64,000 bases of DNA, from positions 20,058 to 84,057 of the IMG/VR virus record IMGVR_UViG_3300027278_000001; one strand, written 5' to 3'. Within the stretch, counting starts at the first letter, position 1, and each line of letters starts with the position of its first letter. Both the position numbers and the translations under genes were made by a program. Under the pieces are notes generated by a model. That model was not told where the DNA came from and made no database searches. It saw only the letters and a list, made by a program, of their open reading frames with translations. Positions 1-9,984 of the stretch are shown here, piece after piece. This DNA comes from a virus (Duplodnaviria > Caudoviricetes).

Positions 1-151
1 CCAAATAGTGTTTACCTAGATTCTTGTAAAACATCTCAATGAAAGCATCATCACCGTAACCTGCTAGTGCTTCTAGAGCACGAAGCTCACCTTCTGAGAC
101 AGTAAATTTAGCTTCAAGGTTTATGCTGTGACGTTCTGTAATCTCTGCCAT
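1..151 (-). CDS. hypothetical phage protein (partial, runs off window start)
   Basis: ATG at 151, open to position 1 (MAEITERHSINLEAKFTVSEGELRALEALAGYGDDAF...); same strand and packing as neighbours. Confidence 0.55.
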   Translation of the reverse strand, partial: MAEITERHSINLEAKFTVSEGELRALEALAGYGDDAFIEMFYKNLGKHYL

Positions 152-162
152 TTAATAACCCC

Positions 163-351
163 TTATTCAATCATTTCTTTATAGGCTGCTTGAGGCTGAA
201 GACCTTCTTCATACATCTCAAGAAACTCCGTAATGTCTTCTACGATAATCAGCAGAGCATCTTTCTTCTCAATAAAATCTCGTGTGGCAATAATATCTCG
301 TAGGTCAATCATCCATGTGGAGAGTGGGTAGTCATCTCGTTCGTTAATCAT
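163..351 (-). CDS. hypothetical protein (62 aa)
   Basis: ORF abuts the thyX stop; co-oriented in operon. Confidence 0.6.
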   Translation of the reverse strand: MINERDDYPLSTWMIDLRDIIATRDFIEKKDALLIIVEDITEFLEMYEEGLQPQAAYKEMIE

Positions 352-1029
352 TTAATCACCTCCAGTCAATGCTTTCCAACTTACAGGGAATAGCTCTGCA
401 ATCTTCTCACCAACAGGCTCTGCAAGGAGTCGTACTTCATACTGAGCAGTAGCTTCTGTACGTTTGTTGTAGAAGTTGGCAAAGCTTACCAGATTGCCAG
501 TCCAAATCCAATTAACAATTGCACCTTGAGGGAGAATAAACCGTGCTTGCTCAGGGCATACACCTTTGTCAACCATGTCAGTGTAGAGTTGTACGCACAT
601 TGTCGAGTAAGTCTTATATTCCCTCTTCCAGTAATCTGATTTAGGATGCTCACCAGCACTTCCTTGTTTAATACTCCCTTCAGGCTTTGCACGAAAGAAC
701 TCAGGAATATAAATTTCTGGTGTAGAGCTAATATACCGGCGGCTTTCTTCATTCTCAACCATGCCGATCTTGTGCTTAAAAGCTTGAGTGCGAATAGGCA
801 CTGGAGCTGAGCAACGGAACTTCAATGCTGTGTGAGCAAATGGAGTCCAGTGATCGTATTTAGCAAGGTAGTTGATAAGATTCTTGTCTGAGTCTTTCAG
901 ATTAAATTCAATACCCGGAAACTCAGTCTCTTCCCACTCACTTTTCTTATTGAAACTCACTCGCGCTGCGTCAACAACAGCCAGATCATCACCCATGTAG
1001 TCTAGCAGTTCTGCTTTAATCTGTGTCAT
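352..1029 (-). CDS. thyX: flavin-dependent thymidylate synthase
   Basis: AARVSF, HWTPFAH, a variant ThyX signature (QAFKHKIG..NEESRRY), EQARFILPQG and F..KR...AQYEVR. Confidence 0.93.
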   Translation of the reverse strand: MTQIKAELLDYMGDDLAVVDAARVSFNKKSEWEETEFPGIEFNLKDSDKNLINYLAKYDHWTPFAHTALKFRCSAPVPIRTQAFKHKIGMVENEESRRYISSTPEIYIPEFFRAKPEGSIKQGSAGEHPKSDYWKREYKTYSTMCVQLYTDMVDKGVCPEQARFILPQGAIVNWIWTGNLVSFANFYNKRTEATAQYEVRLLAEPVGEKIAELFPVSWKALTGGD

Positions 1030-1042
1030 TCATCCTCCTTAT

Positions 1043-1279
1043 TCAACTATCCAACCGACTAGACGCTTCATAATTATCTGCTCTAGTATTCTCAATATAT
1101 TCTACTTTAGCTTGATAAGCAAGGATTTCTTTCTCAGCTTCAAACCAAGACAAAGGCAGATCAGGATAGCACACCCAAGCAATCCCTGATGCCACCGCTA
1201 TATCATAATCTCTTTTGTTCTTAACGTACAGTCTGTAGTCTACACGTTCTCTGTCTGTTGGAACAAATGCATGAATCAT
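1043..1279 (-). CDS. hypothetical protein
   Basis: 78-aa ORF co-oriented in operon. Confidence 0.55.
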   Translation of the reverse strand: MIHAFVPTDRERVDYRLYVKNKRDYDIAVASGIAWVCYPDLPLSWFEAEKEILAYQAKVEYIENTRADNYEASSRLDS

Positions 1280-1460
1280 TTTAGCACCATATCTACAACA
1301 TCTTTATAGATTTCCCAGTCGTGTTCAACCACAACACAATCTACAGGTTTAATATTGTTATCCCATATTGTACACCAAAGATTTGCAATCTGATCTTCAT
1401 CTAATCCCTTCAACTTAACCACAACATAACGCTCTTCCAATCTATTATCCATAATCCCTC

Positions 1461-1946
1461 CTACGGAATAAATTTATCCAATTCTACAGTAACAAAGTCA
1501 ACAGGTTTGCGAATTTTATTACGTGCATCACGAACAGTGTAAAAAGGAAGTCCATTATAAACAGATGTTTCAATAAAGAACTCATCGTCTGGATGTTTAA
1601 CTTCCAAACCTTCCTTGGCACTACAAGCTTCGTAGTAACTATTAAATACTTTCTTACTGTTATTGTCAATTACTTGTTGCAAGGCACCCGCTACATCAAA
1701 GCCTGCTTTAGTGTGTTGCTCAATACGCCAAGCTAGAACAAACAACTCATCACACAGAGCATCAATGCTCTCTACAGCGTCATGAACATTAGCTGCATCA
1801 AAGCCTTCTGTGGATTCTTCAATCATCAAAGTAGACTGATTCTCTATAGCTCGCCAGTATTCAAGTGTATCGTATTCTGGAACCTTGTTACCAGCTTTGT
1901 AATTGAAGCTGATTGCTTGCTCCAGCAGGTTTACTAAATCTTTCAC
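1461..1946 (-). CDS. MazG-like/PRA-PH-like nucleoside triphosphate pyrophosphohydrolase
   Basis: Acidic helical motif LMIEESTE...ESIDALCDELFV followed by V..NN.KK; nucleotide-metabolism neighbourhood. Confidence 0.62.
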   Translation of the reverse strand: MKDLVNLLEQAISFNYKAGNKVPEYDTLEYWRAIENQSTLMIEESTEGFDAANVHDAVESIDALCDELFVLAWRIEQHTKAGFDVAGALQQVIDNNSKKVFNSYYEACSAKEGLEVKHPDDEFFIETSVYNGLPFYTVRDARNKIRKPVDFVTVELDKFIP

Positions 1947-2239
1947 TTACCCTCCCAAATAATTTCAAATTCATATTCACCACCAAGAGCAGGGTCTACT
2001 AGCACTTCAACAATACCATAACTCTCATCCTCTGGCATAAAGAAGACTGTAAATCCTGCTGTACCAGAGTAATGTATGCCCCAATCTTGTTTTGCAGATT
2101 CAATTACCCTATCAATAGAGCGTTGAATATCAGCCTCAAGTGTCTCAATAGTTGCTGACGCTAGGTAGCGGTTACTATATGCAAGCCAACGGGCTGCCCT
2201 TGATATAGATTCTTTGTTGATACTAATTTGCCTATTCAT
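1943..2239 (-). CDS. hypothetical protein
   Basis: 98-aa ORF with GGAG upstream; overlaps the start of the MazG-like gene. Confidence 0.6.
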   Translation of the reverse strand: MNRQISINKESISRAARWLAYSNRYLASATIETLEADIQRSIDRVIESAKQDWGIHYSGTAGFTVFFMPEDESYGIVEVLVDPALGGEYEFEIIWEGK

Positions 2240-2248
2240 TTAACACTC

Positions 2249-2812
2249 CTATAAATATAACTCACACAACCGTTCAACCACCCCAGCATTCCACTCGGAG
2301 AATGAATAAGCTACATTGCATTCTACAGATTGTGTGTAGTTGGTGGCGAACAGTACACGTTGATCATAGTCGAACCCTTTCAAATGGTCAAGACGATCAT
2401 CAACATGTGCCACAACACTCCCTTTCATCAAATGCTTCTCTTTGGTTAAGAGCACACCCACATTAAACGAAAAGTGCTCCTTGAGCCAGTAGTATTTGTT
2501 CTTATGGTGCGTACCCTTTGCTTGGCTAATGAAAGCAATGTCAAAGTGTTTTGACAAAGCCTCCAAAGCTTCTACAGACCCCTCCAGTGGCTTGAACTGG
2601 TTATAGTCAAGTGTCCTCCAGTATTCATATGGATCAGCTACAGTTGGGTACATCTTGGAAAGATCGTACTCTAACATTCCATCTGTTCGATGTACAACCT
2701 TTCCAAAACCATTGAAGTATTTAAGATAATTCATCCACCCAATATCAGACGGGCAAATTGTCAAATCGCAATCAACTCCAAGAATGGGTTTACTCATTAT
2801 CCTTAGCCTCAA
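2249..2812 (-). CDS. HAD-superfamily 5'(3')-deoxyribonucleotidase (NT5C-like)
   Basis: HAD motif I GVDCDLTIC, K..WLKEHF and motif IV HVDDRLDHL. Confidence 0.75.
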   Translation of the reverse strand: MRLRIMSKPILGVDCDLTICPSDIGWMNYLKYFNGFGKVVHRTDGMLEYDLSKMYPTVADPYEYWRTLDYNQFKPLEGSVEALEALSKHFDIAFISQAKGTHHKNKYYWLKEHFSFNVGVLLTKEKHLMKGSVVAHVDDRLDHLKGFDYDQRVLFATNYTQSVECNVAYSFSEWNAGVVERLCELYL

Positions 2813-3737
2813 TCAGCATGCGCTCACCAAAGAATACCACTTTCTCAGAGTCATAGACACCATTGTCATAGCCCTTCTTCTTAACACCTTGGCGGGCTTT
2901 AGCCTTACGCCAAATTGCTTTGAAAGCATTACCTTCAGCAAAGGTCATTTGCAGGGACTCAATTATGTCATTGCACTCAGCTTCGTATGGATCAGGCAGA
3001 GTTGTTGGATGTTTGACATACACTTTGTAGTAGTCCGAGCTAGAGCCTGTGTATTGTTCTGTATTTTGCACAGCAGCTTTACTATCCACCAAAACCCAAA
3101 CACCTTCCTTGATTCTTGTTTCTACCATCTTCTTCCTATGTGTTTGACCCTCAGAGAAGATTTCAGAGTCAGATAAACGTACAAAGTAGTGGTCTTCATC
3201 ATGATCGTGAATTTTATAAATGTAGCCTTCACCCTCGACCTGAAACTCTTTGCCTATAAAGTTATCGGCAACCTCCTCTTTTGTATTCAATAGGATTAAA
3301 GGGTTGTTACCAAAACTTCGTGCATCAATAGTGTAATCTGACTCATGATTTAGCAAGTCGCAATCATAACCCTTTACAAACCAACGCTCTCGTCGCTCAT
3401 CATACCCTGTCAGTTCTACATACTTTTCAATATTACTTGAATCCAATCCCCAACCACCGAAAGCAACCAAAACAACATCACCTACCTCCAACTGATAATT
3501 GCGTTCCACATTCTCCTCCTTTCCTGCGTGTTCAAAGTAAGTCTGATCCATATTCAACAGGATTGTATCACCCTTTTCTGTTTCAAGATAACGAATCTTT
3601 TTCGTATAACCTGTATGCAGCTCTTTGACGAAATAAGTCACACCATACTTCAGCTTCTTAAACTTGTAGTTCTTATAATTAGGGTGAATCCTTAAGGCGT
3701 CACCCACATTGATTGTAATATCTTCACCGTAAGGCAT
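2790..3737 (-). CDS. multidomain protein with C-terminal DUF3310/T7 gp1.7-like domain
   Basis: C-terminus ECNDIIESLQMTFAEGNAFKAIWRK...YDSEKVVFF resembles DUF3310; N-terminus not assigned. Confidence 0.5.
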   Translation of the reverse strand: MPYGEDITINVGDALRIHPNYKNYKFKKLKYGVTYFVKELHTGYTKKIRYLETEKGDTILLNMDQTYFEHAGKEENVERNYQLEVGDVVLVAFGGWGLDSSNIEKYVELTGYDERRERWFVKGYDCDLLNHESDYTIDARSFGNNPLILLNTKEEVADNFIGKEFQVEGEGYIYKIHDHDEDHYFVRLSDSEIFSEGQTHRKKMVETRIKEGVWVLVDSKAAVQNTEQYTGSSSDYYKVYVKHPTTLPDPYEAECNDIIESLQMTFAEGNAFKAIWRKAKARQGVKKKGYDNGVYDSEKVVFFGERMLIEAKDNE

Positions 3738-3748
3738 TTGGTTTCCTC

Positions 3749-4675
3749 CTAGCTTGTAATATTTGAAAGCAAGCTTTCTCGCTTCTCTTTCGTAAGCAAG
3801 TTTACTCTACTTCGACGTTGAACACCAGTGATTTTGTTACGATAGCGTTTGTATTTACCAAGATTACTGTAATGATAACCATCCTCTTCCCAAACATTCA
3901 TGTCCAAAACCTCATCAACATAAACATCAAAGTTTGGAAGTGTATTATCCCAAGAGCTGAGAATATCATAAAGCTCTTCCAAAGACAACACATCATTGAT
4001 GTTATAAAGCTTCATCACCGCCCAAGCTTCTGGATTGTTCTTCATGCATTCTGCCCAAAGATGATGACCAGCAAACTTACCATGTTCAAGCTTCTTGTGA
4101 CGTGTGCAAAGTTGATCTGTCATGTACTGAAGTTTGTTGCTTGTGAAGCCAAACTGAGCCTTAGCAATGTTGAGCGTGTCGATCTGCCTGAATGTACTTG
4201 GTTTTGGATAACCATTCAGTACAAGGCGGGCATTGATCTTTTTCACATCAAATCGCTTACTGTTCTGCCCTACAACAATATCAGCTTCGTTCAAGATCTT
4301 CCACAGGCTTCCCAGAAGCTTACTATCATCCTCAAAGTCATCAGAGCCTTGCAAGTCTTCGTAGATAACATCATCACTCCCTTTCCACTTAGCACAATAG
4401 GAGAGGATAGACCAATCTTCTTGGATTTGATTCAAACCAACATTCTGGTCAAACAGTCGCCACACATGTGCAAGGATAGGTTTCGTTTCAATGTCGATGA
4501 AAAGAATCTTTGGGCCTTGTTGCTCAGTAGGGCTGACTTGCTTACTGTCAAACATAAACTTAAAAAGATCATTTACCTGAGTCTTACTTTTACCAATAAT
4601 ATTAGCAATTGCACGACCACTGAAACCCTTGTCACGTAAACTTAATGCTTCTTCGTGCCATTCTTTTTTGATCAA
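3749..4675 (-). CDS. DEDD/RNase H-like 3'-5' exonuclease with N-terminal HTH
   Basis: ExoI ILFIDIET, ExoII GQNSKRFD, IDTL, ExoIII YNINDV; N-terminal G.S.RAIA.IIGKSKTQV helix-turn-helix. Confidence 0.82.
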   Translation of the reverse strand: MIKKEWHEEALSLRDKGFSGRAIANIIGKSKTQVNDLFKFMFDSKQVSPTEQQGPKILFIDIETKPILAHVWRLFDQNVGLNQIQEDWSILSYCAKWKGSDDVIYEDLQGSDDFEDDSKLLGSLWKILNEADIVVGQNSKRFDVKKINARLVLNGYPKPSTFRQIDTLNIAKAQFGFTSNKLQYMTDQLCTRHKKLEHGKFAGHHLWAECMKNNPEAWAVMKLYNINDVLSLEELYDILSSWDNTLPNFDVYVDEVLDMNVWEEDGYHYSNLGKYKRYRNKITGVQRRSRVNLLTKEKRESLLSNITS

Positions 4676-4687
4676 AACTTCTTCTCC

Positions 4688-5473
4688 TTACTCTGGCTTC
4701 TCAAACGTAAAATTACTTGGACTGTCACAACGATATTCATCAAATGTGTTATTGAACATGGTATAACAGTCTTGCTCACCAACAGACAACATTTGATTAA
4801 ACACAATTGACATACTTGCAGGAATCAAATACCAGTGACAATCATCGTCTTTGATAAAGCGATAGCGAGCTTCTTCAGTCATCTTTCATCCTCTCAATTA
4901 ATTCGTTCAATATTTCCAAATTGAACTGACTTACGCTTTCATAAAGCTCAGCCTTTTGCCAAACAGAATACGAATCCCATTCTCGCAAGCTTTTATCAAT
5001 CACTTTCTTATAAGCTTCAACGTCATTGATAGCATTCTGAATCTTGAATAAAGATTCTTGTTTAAGCTTATGTTGAGATAGATCAATTACGTCAGACATA
5101 AATCTCTCCTAGTTAAACGCCAATGGAAACCAAAGGAACAACCGAAAATAATAATCCACGATCATTGCATTGTAGTGGTTGTTCCAGAAGTCGTAGAACA
5201 AGTATGCGTATGCGTTTTTAATTAGTTTCATCTTTATTCCTCCAGTTTAGTAGTTGAAATACAATCTGCAAGCTTCTGGTTATTACTCCACACTTGGACA
5301 GTTCCTGCATCACTGAGGCTGCCTTCTTTAAGTGCATAACTTGAGTGAGCGGTGATTGTCCCTTCCTTAACAGGCTGCATAGCCTTCAACATTTCAATGC
5401 TGCGCTCAATATTCTCAAGACGTTTGTTCAAGAGTTCCCAGTCATAGTCAGTCACCATCTTCTTGTTCCTCAA
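4688..5473 (-). CDS. cluster of small hypothetical proteins (4688-4882, 4875-5099, 5234-5473)
   Basis: Tightly packed co-oriented ORFs with GGAG sites. Confidence 0.55.
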
Positions 5474-5613
5474 ACGGAATGTGTAAAGGTTTCAATCCAA
5501 GTTCTGAACAAGTCTGCCAATAGTCTAGCGACTTATCACTGTTCAACCGGCAAGCTACAACCATTATGTCGTAATAAGGGTGCAGTTTTCTAGGTTCAAA
5601 ATAATTCCACTCG

Positions 5614-6198
5614 TCAATCATTCTCTTTCTCCTTTAACACATTACGAACAGCATCTCTACGAGCATCTTTGTTTTTAGTATAACCTGTCACACCATTCTC
5701 TACAAGGTATGCGTCAATGAGTTTAGCAGGTTGCTTACAGATTGCAATTACTTTCTTCTCTAGTCTTGCATCCTCTATAGAAATACCTTGAGACTCCGCT
5801 AGGGTCTTGCAAGCATGGTCGTCACGGCATAAAATCTGAAGCTGATCAAACCCAACCATCAGGATATTGTTGAAGTAATTCTCAAAGTCCTCAACCTTGG
5901 TAAAAGTGTGGTTGCCAAACTTGTGATCAATCTCTACGTCAGTCAGCTTGAACAACTCACCACACATCTCACACCTCACCAACCACTTTGTACGTGTCTT
6001 ATCATCCATGTCTGGAATCGTATTCATGTACAAGTAAGCAAGCTTCACATCACTCTTCATCCAAGCTGAGCGTATAGCTCCTCTGACGACGCTCAGGACG
6101 TGTTTTTCTTGAGGCTTGCCGTCTGCATCAAGTTTCTTTAAAAACTGCTGTAGCTTCGCCTCACGCTTCTTAATGTCTGCTTGTGATGGGACTGTCAC
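5614..6198 (-). CDS. HNH-type (beta-beta-alpha-metal) endonuclease, possibly the recombination/resolvase partner of the exonuclease
   Basis: CEMC...EIDH.....LQILCRDDH..KT zinc/HNH motif; two genes from the 5'-3' exonuclease. Confidence 0.6.
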   Translation of the reverse strand: MTVPSQADIKKREAKLQQFLKKLDADGKPQEKHVLSVVRGAIRSAWMKSDVKLAYLYMNTIPDMDDKTRTKWLVRCEMCGELFKLTDVEIDHKFGNHTFTKVEDFENYFNNILMVGFDQLQILCRDDHACKTLAESQGISIEDARLEKKVIAICKQPAKLIDAYLVENGVTGYTKNKDARRDAVRNVLKEKEND

Positions 6199-6540
6199 TC
6201 AATTACCCCATACAGGTACAAACACTTCTGTCTTCTGCTTAGTAACATAATGAGCTTCAATGATTTGCTCTGGAACAAGCTCTTGATACTCTTCTACTTT
6301 ACAGAAGTCCATAGAATCCCATTCTGTACCATTACTGTCATCCCACATACCATTCAGAGTAATGCAGACATTCAGGAAATCAGAAGCATCAACATCTTCA
6401 TTTTTCAGCTCTTCAATATCTGTCTGAGTGATTGTGTAAGTAGCTGAGCAATAGAAGCTTGAATATTTACGATGCTCTTTCTCAAACTCACCCATATCTG
6501 CAACGTAGTCTTCCAAGTACGACTTAGTAATTTTATTCAT
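6199..6540 (-). CDS. hypothetical acidic protein
   Basis: 113-aa ORF coupled to the exonuclease stop. Confidence 0.6.
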   Translation of the reverse strand: MNKITKSYLEDYVADMGEFEKEHRKYSSFYCSATYTITQTDIEELKNEDVDASDFLNVCITLNGMWDDSNGTEWDSMDFCKVEEYQELVPEQIIEAHYVTKQKTEVFVPVWGN

Positions 6541-7492
6541 AGATAGTTCCTCTCAAATATTTATTCAAATCCCATCCATCCTTCTCATACCGTAGCAAAT
6601 ACAAGAAGAATCCATTTTCATCTAGACACTCTTCCCAACCCTCTTCCTCACCGTACATTGCAGAATAGCATTCAAATACACGAGAAGCTAAATCAACTTC
6701 TGTCTTGCAATCAGCAAGAATCTTCTTAGCCGTAGCAGGGCCAACGCCTTCCACTTTAATACCAAAACGTTCCTTGGTGATCTTAGAAAGCTTTTCAATG
6801 CCCGGAATATTATCTGCACTGTCTCCAATTAAAAGCTGTGTAGCAAAGTTATAAGCCTGTGTGAAGCCATCATTCCAGAAGATTCCATTCTCAAGCTTGT
6901 TGTAGTTCAATAACCACCCACGACTGTTGGCAGCGAGGTCTTTATCGCAGAAGGCTAGAACAACATCACACCGACTTTTATCACCTGATTCTAAACCCTT
7001 ACGATAACTCTCCCAAGCCATGATGTTGCACGTATCATCTGTTTCACGGCCTTCAGAAAGAATCACACGTCCTTTATACTTCTTCAGAAAGAACTCTCTG
7101 CACTCTTCAAACAAGATAGGTTTTTCACTACGTTGTCCCTTGTAATCTACAAACCTAGACTTGAAGTCTTTACGAAAGTTCCCTTCTCCTTCAATACAAA
7201 GAACAAAATCATCACAACCAGCAGCGTCAATGATCTTATCCACTTTCTGCTTAATTGATTGGAAAGCAAATCGAGGTTCTGCATCTGGTTTAACCTCTGA
7301 AATCACTTCAAAGGAGTAATTCGCTTTGTCTCGGTTATTCTCCTTAGCCCAATCATTAAAAGCTGTCTTAGACTCAAATAGGCGCTGCGAACCATGTTCA
7401 ATGTTTGTAGCTAGACATTTGTTTAATTGTTGTTGGGCTGCTGAGCTATAGAGGATAGTGTCAGCATCTACAACTAAAAGTTTTTTAGTCAT
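6533..7492 (-). CDS. 5'-3' exonuclease (T7 gp6/PIN-like)
   Basis: LVVDAD, NFRK...YKGQR, ETDD, DKDL, LLIGDSADNIPGI and GVGPATAKKIL (H3TH). Confidence 0.88.
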   Translation of the reverse strand: MTKKLLVVDADTILYSSAAQQQLNKCLATNIEHGSQRLFESKTAFNDWAKENNRDKANYSFEVISEVKPDAEPRFAFQSIKQKVDKIIDAAGCDDFVLCIEGEGNFRKDFKSRFVDYKGQRSEKPILFEECREFFLKKYKGRVILSEGRETDDTCNIMAWESYRKGLESGDKSRCDVVLAFCDKDLAANSRGWLLNYNKLENGIFWNDGFTQAYNFATQLLIGDSADNIPGIEKLSKITKERFGIKVEGVGPATAKKILADCKTEVDLASRVFECYSAMYGEEEGWEECLDENGFFLYLLRYEKDGWDLNKYLRGTIYE

Positions 7493-8476
7493 ATTTATAC
7501 CGCCATCTTGAGAGAGTAGTTCTCAGTTCTTCATATTCACGCAGCATCTGTACCACCATTCCGTGTCCTTGGTAAGTTGGGCCGTTCTCAGGATTAGAAT
7601 AGGCAGCGACCCACCACTGAATGCAATCTAGAGGTTGCATAGAGTCTGTTAATTCTTCTTCCAAGACCCCGCCGAGAACAAAACCTCCATCAAGAAAAGC
7701 ACCCACTAGCTTGCGGGCGATGTGCTCACAATCTGACTTATTGCCACGATAAACCTCTTGTTCACCATCCCCTATATATACAGCGTAGGGGAAAATACCC
7801 TTGTCTGTTTTCCTAACTTGGTAACGATTATTAGCTATGTTATCCATAACTTCATGAGGATAATCACCAGACATGAGCACCCCCACGAACACGAGGCTTC
7901 ACACCAGTAAGCAATTCAAATTGATGTGCTGTCTCTTTAACAACATCCCACCAATCTTCATCTACTTGTTGAAAGTTTGGAATACGAAAACCGAGAAACT
8001 GTTCATCAAGTGGTGAATCATAGTAATGACTTGCGGTTTCAAAATGCTCTTCAACAAACTCTTGGTAGCCTAAGTCTTGTTTCTCAGATTCAAGAGCAAT
8101 AAAAGCTTCAAGGTCTTTAAAGTCTGCCCCAACAAGCAAACTGTGACTTACATCAATTCCCATAACATCCTCCTAAATAAAAGCCCTACTTACTACGGCA
8201 GGGCTTGTTTGTTGATTAATCTTCTTCGTCCTGAACTATATCTTCAAGGTCAACCTCAAACGGGTAACTGATACCAAGACTCTCATAAGTACATTCATCA
8301 GGAACATAAAGTTCGTCATAGTGAAATCCATCACCATCAATCAAACCAGAATCATAATCCAGTAAATCTTTGTCTGCCAAAGCTTCAAGTTTTTTGATTA
8401 GTTCACCGTCAAACGTGTAATTTGCGCTGCTAGAACCATCCCCACAATCCGTAACAAGAACATAAAGTGTTTTCAT
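7485..8476 (-). CDS. three hypothetical proteins (7485-7892, 7864-8163, 8216-8476)
   Basis: Overlapping co-oriented ORFs. Confidence 0.55.
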
Positions 8477-8485
8477 AATCCCTCC

Positions 8486-8734
8486 TTACGAATAAGTCTC
8501 TTGAATTTCCTGAAGCTCATTAAGCTCATCAGCTTTAGTCTTCAAATCATCTTCCTTAGCTTTGGCTACAACAGCTTTGATAATTTTCTTCACGTCTTTC
8601 TTATCGAAGCCTTCAGTGTTGTACTCTTTATCATAAGCAAATTCTGTAACCAACTCTTTCAAGTCTTCTTGCAGAGTGATGATTTCTTGAGCCAGTTGGT
8701 AAGCTCGGGAGTAGAGGTTCTGTTTATCTTTCAT
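8486..8734 (-). CDS. small helical DNA-binding protein, T4 DsbA/GapR-like (tentative)
   Basis: 82 aa; long N-terminal helix, then K-E..GFDKKDVKKII and a C-terminal helix, the DsbA/GapR layout. Confidence 0.4.
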   Translation of the reverse strand: MKDKQNLYSRAYQLAQEIITLQEDLKELVTEFAYDKEYNTEGFDKKDVKKIIKAVVAKAKEDDLKTKADELNELQEIQETYS

Positions 8735-8748
8735 GTTCGGTTCTCCTA

Positions 8749-9000
8749 TTATTTAAATCGAATTACAAAGGATTCATTTTCTTCTAAGTTAACACCAACA
8801 GCAGAGTCACCTGAATCATTTTCTACACTGAACACAATACGGTCGTAGTCGTAAGTGTCCATTTCTTCCTTAGTTAGGTCTGTAAGCTTCTTGTTAATTT
8901 CATAGCACTCAGAATCAACAGTGAAACCAAGAAGAATTTGCAGAGTGTAGGCCTCGTCTTCAGTTAGCTCAAGATTGAAACGGTTTGTCTTAGTTACCAT
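8749..9000 (-). CDS. hypothetical protein, paralog of the C-terminal domain of 10431-10802
   Basis: LELTEDEAYTLQILLG vs LTLDEHEVYTLRLLLG. Confidence 0.6.
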   Translation of the reverse strand: MVTKTNRFNLELTEDEAYTLQILLGFTVDSECYEINKKLTDLTKEEMDTYDYDRIVFSVENDSGDSAVGVNLEENESFVIRFK

Positions 9001-9192
9001 GTATTTCTCCTATTCAGTTTTATTAAAGTCCGTGCATTTCACTTCACGAGTACCATCATCTTTGAAAACACCAATCACTTGCATCTTAGTGAAGTCTAGA
9101 TGATTGCACTTTCTATGCTTGTGTTCACAAGTGATACACATGTAGCCCCTGGGGATATGAGATGGATTGGGTTTCATAAGTCTCCTTGAAAC

Positions 9193-9216
9193 AGCCTCCC
9201 GTATTTCAGAGAGGCT
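9193..9216 (-). terminator. possible intrinsic terminator after SSB
   Basis: AGCCTC/GAGGCT inverted repeat; weak U-tract. Confidence 0.4.
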
Positions 9217-9231
9217 TTAGATCAACTTAGA

Positions 9232-9933
9232 TCAGAACGGGTCGTCGAAGTCTTCAGCTTCTTGTTGTACAACCGGAGCAGCTTTAGGAGCTTCTTGTTC
9301 AGCAGGCTTAACATCAGCCTTCTTTACTTTGTAACTCACCCCGAACACGTCATCATCTACAGTATCAGACGATGTAGCACCTTCGTAGACAACATGCTCA
9401 AGCACTTGAACAGTGTCCAGAGTTACAACAAGTTGACCATCACGATTTTTGTATGCAAACAGCTTAATGTTACACACGCTGCCGTTACCTACGTTGTCAG
9501 TGAAAGCATTACCTTCCTTGTCGATTACGTTGATAGTTTGCTTATTACCTTTCTTAGAGAACTCAGGACGGGTAACAGTGAAGCCCCACATACCTTCAAC
9601 TTCATCGTAGCTCAGCTTACCCTCTGCAACTTGAGAGGACAGACCATATTTAATACGCTTTGGTGGCTTGGAAGTTTTGGTTACACCCACCTTAGCAAAG
9701 GTTTTGTTCACTGCAATTTCATCTTCAAGCTTGTCTTTAGTTGATTCATCAATGAAGACAGTGACGCTAAATTCCTTCTCCTCCGATTGGAATTTCTTTT
9801 TGACTTCGTGAACCACAGGGTAAAACACTGGAACATTCTTCAGATACAGATTGAAGGTTTCCAGATCACCTTTCTTCGGCAGTTCTTTCAGTACAATGCT
9901 AGTTTCTTTAGTCATGGTTATTTCCTCTTTCAT
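9232..9933 (-). CDS. single-stranded DNA-binding protein (T7 gp2.5-like)
   Basis: Beta-rich core with NVGNGS, V.LD.VQVLEHV and an acidic tail ending in an aromatic residue (EAEDFDDPF); replication cluster. Confidence 0.68.
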   Translation of the reverse strand: MKEEITMTKETSIVLKELPKKGDLETFNLYLKNVPVFYPVVHEVKKKFQSEEKEFSVTVFIDESTKDKLEDEIAVNKTFAKVGVTKTSKPPKRIKYGLSSQVAEGKLSYDEVEGMWGFTVTRPEFSKKGNKQTINVIDKEGNAFTDNVGNGSVCNIKLFAYKNRDGQLVVTLDTVQVLEHVVYEGATSSDTVDDDVFGVSYKVKKADVKPAEQEAPKAAPVVQQEAEDFDDPF

Positions 9934-9984
9934 TTTGGGTATGATTCTGTCCCGTTAATATGAGACTGTTTTTACTGCATTATC

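Noticed and set aside
3818-4639. 273-aa plus-strand ORF and similar antisense ORFs over the replication genes
   Set aside because: They overlap well-supported minus-strand genes and carry no independent signal.
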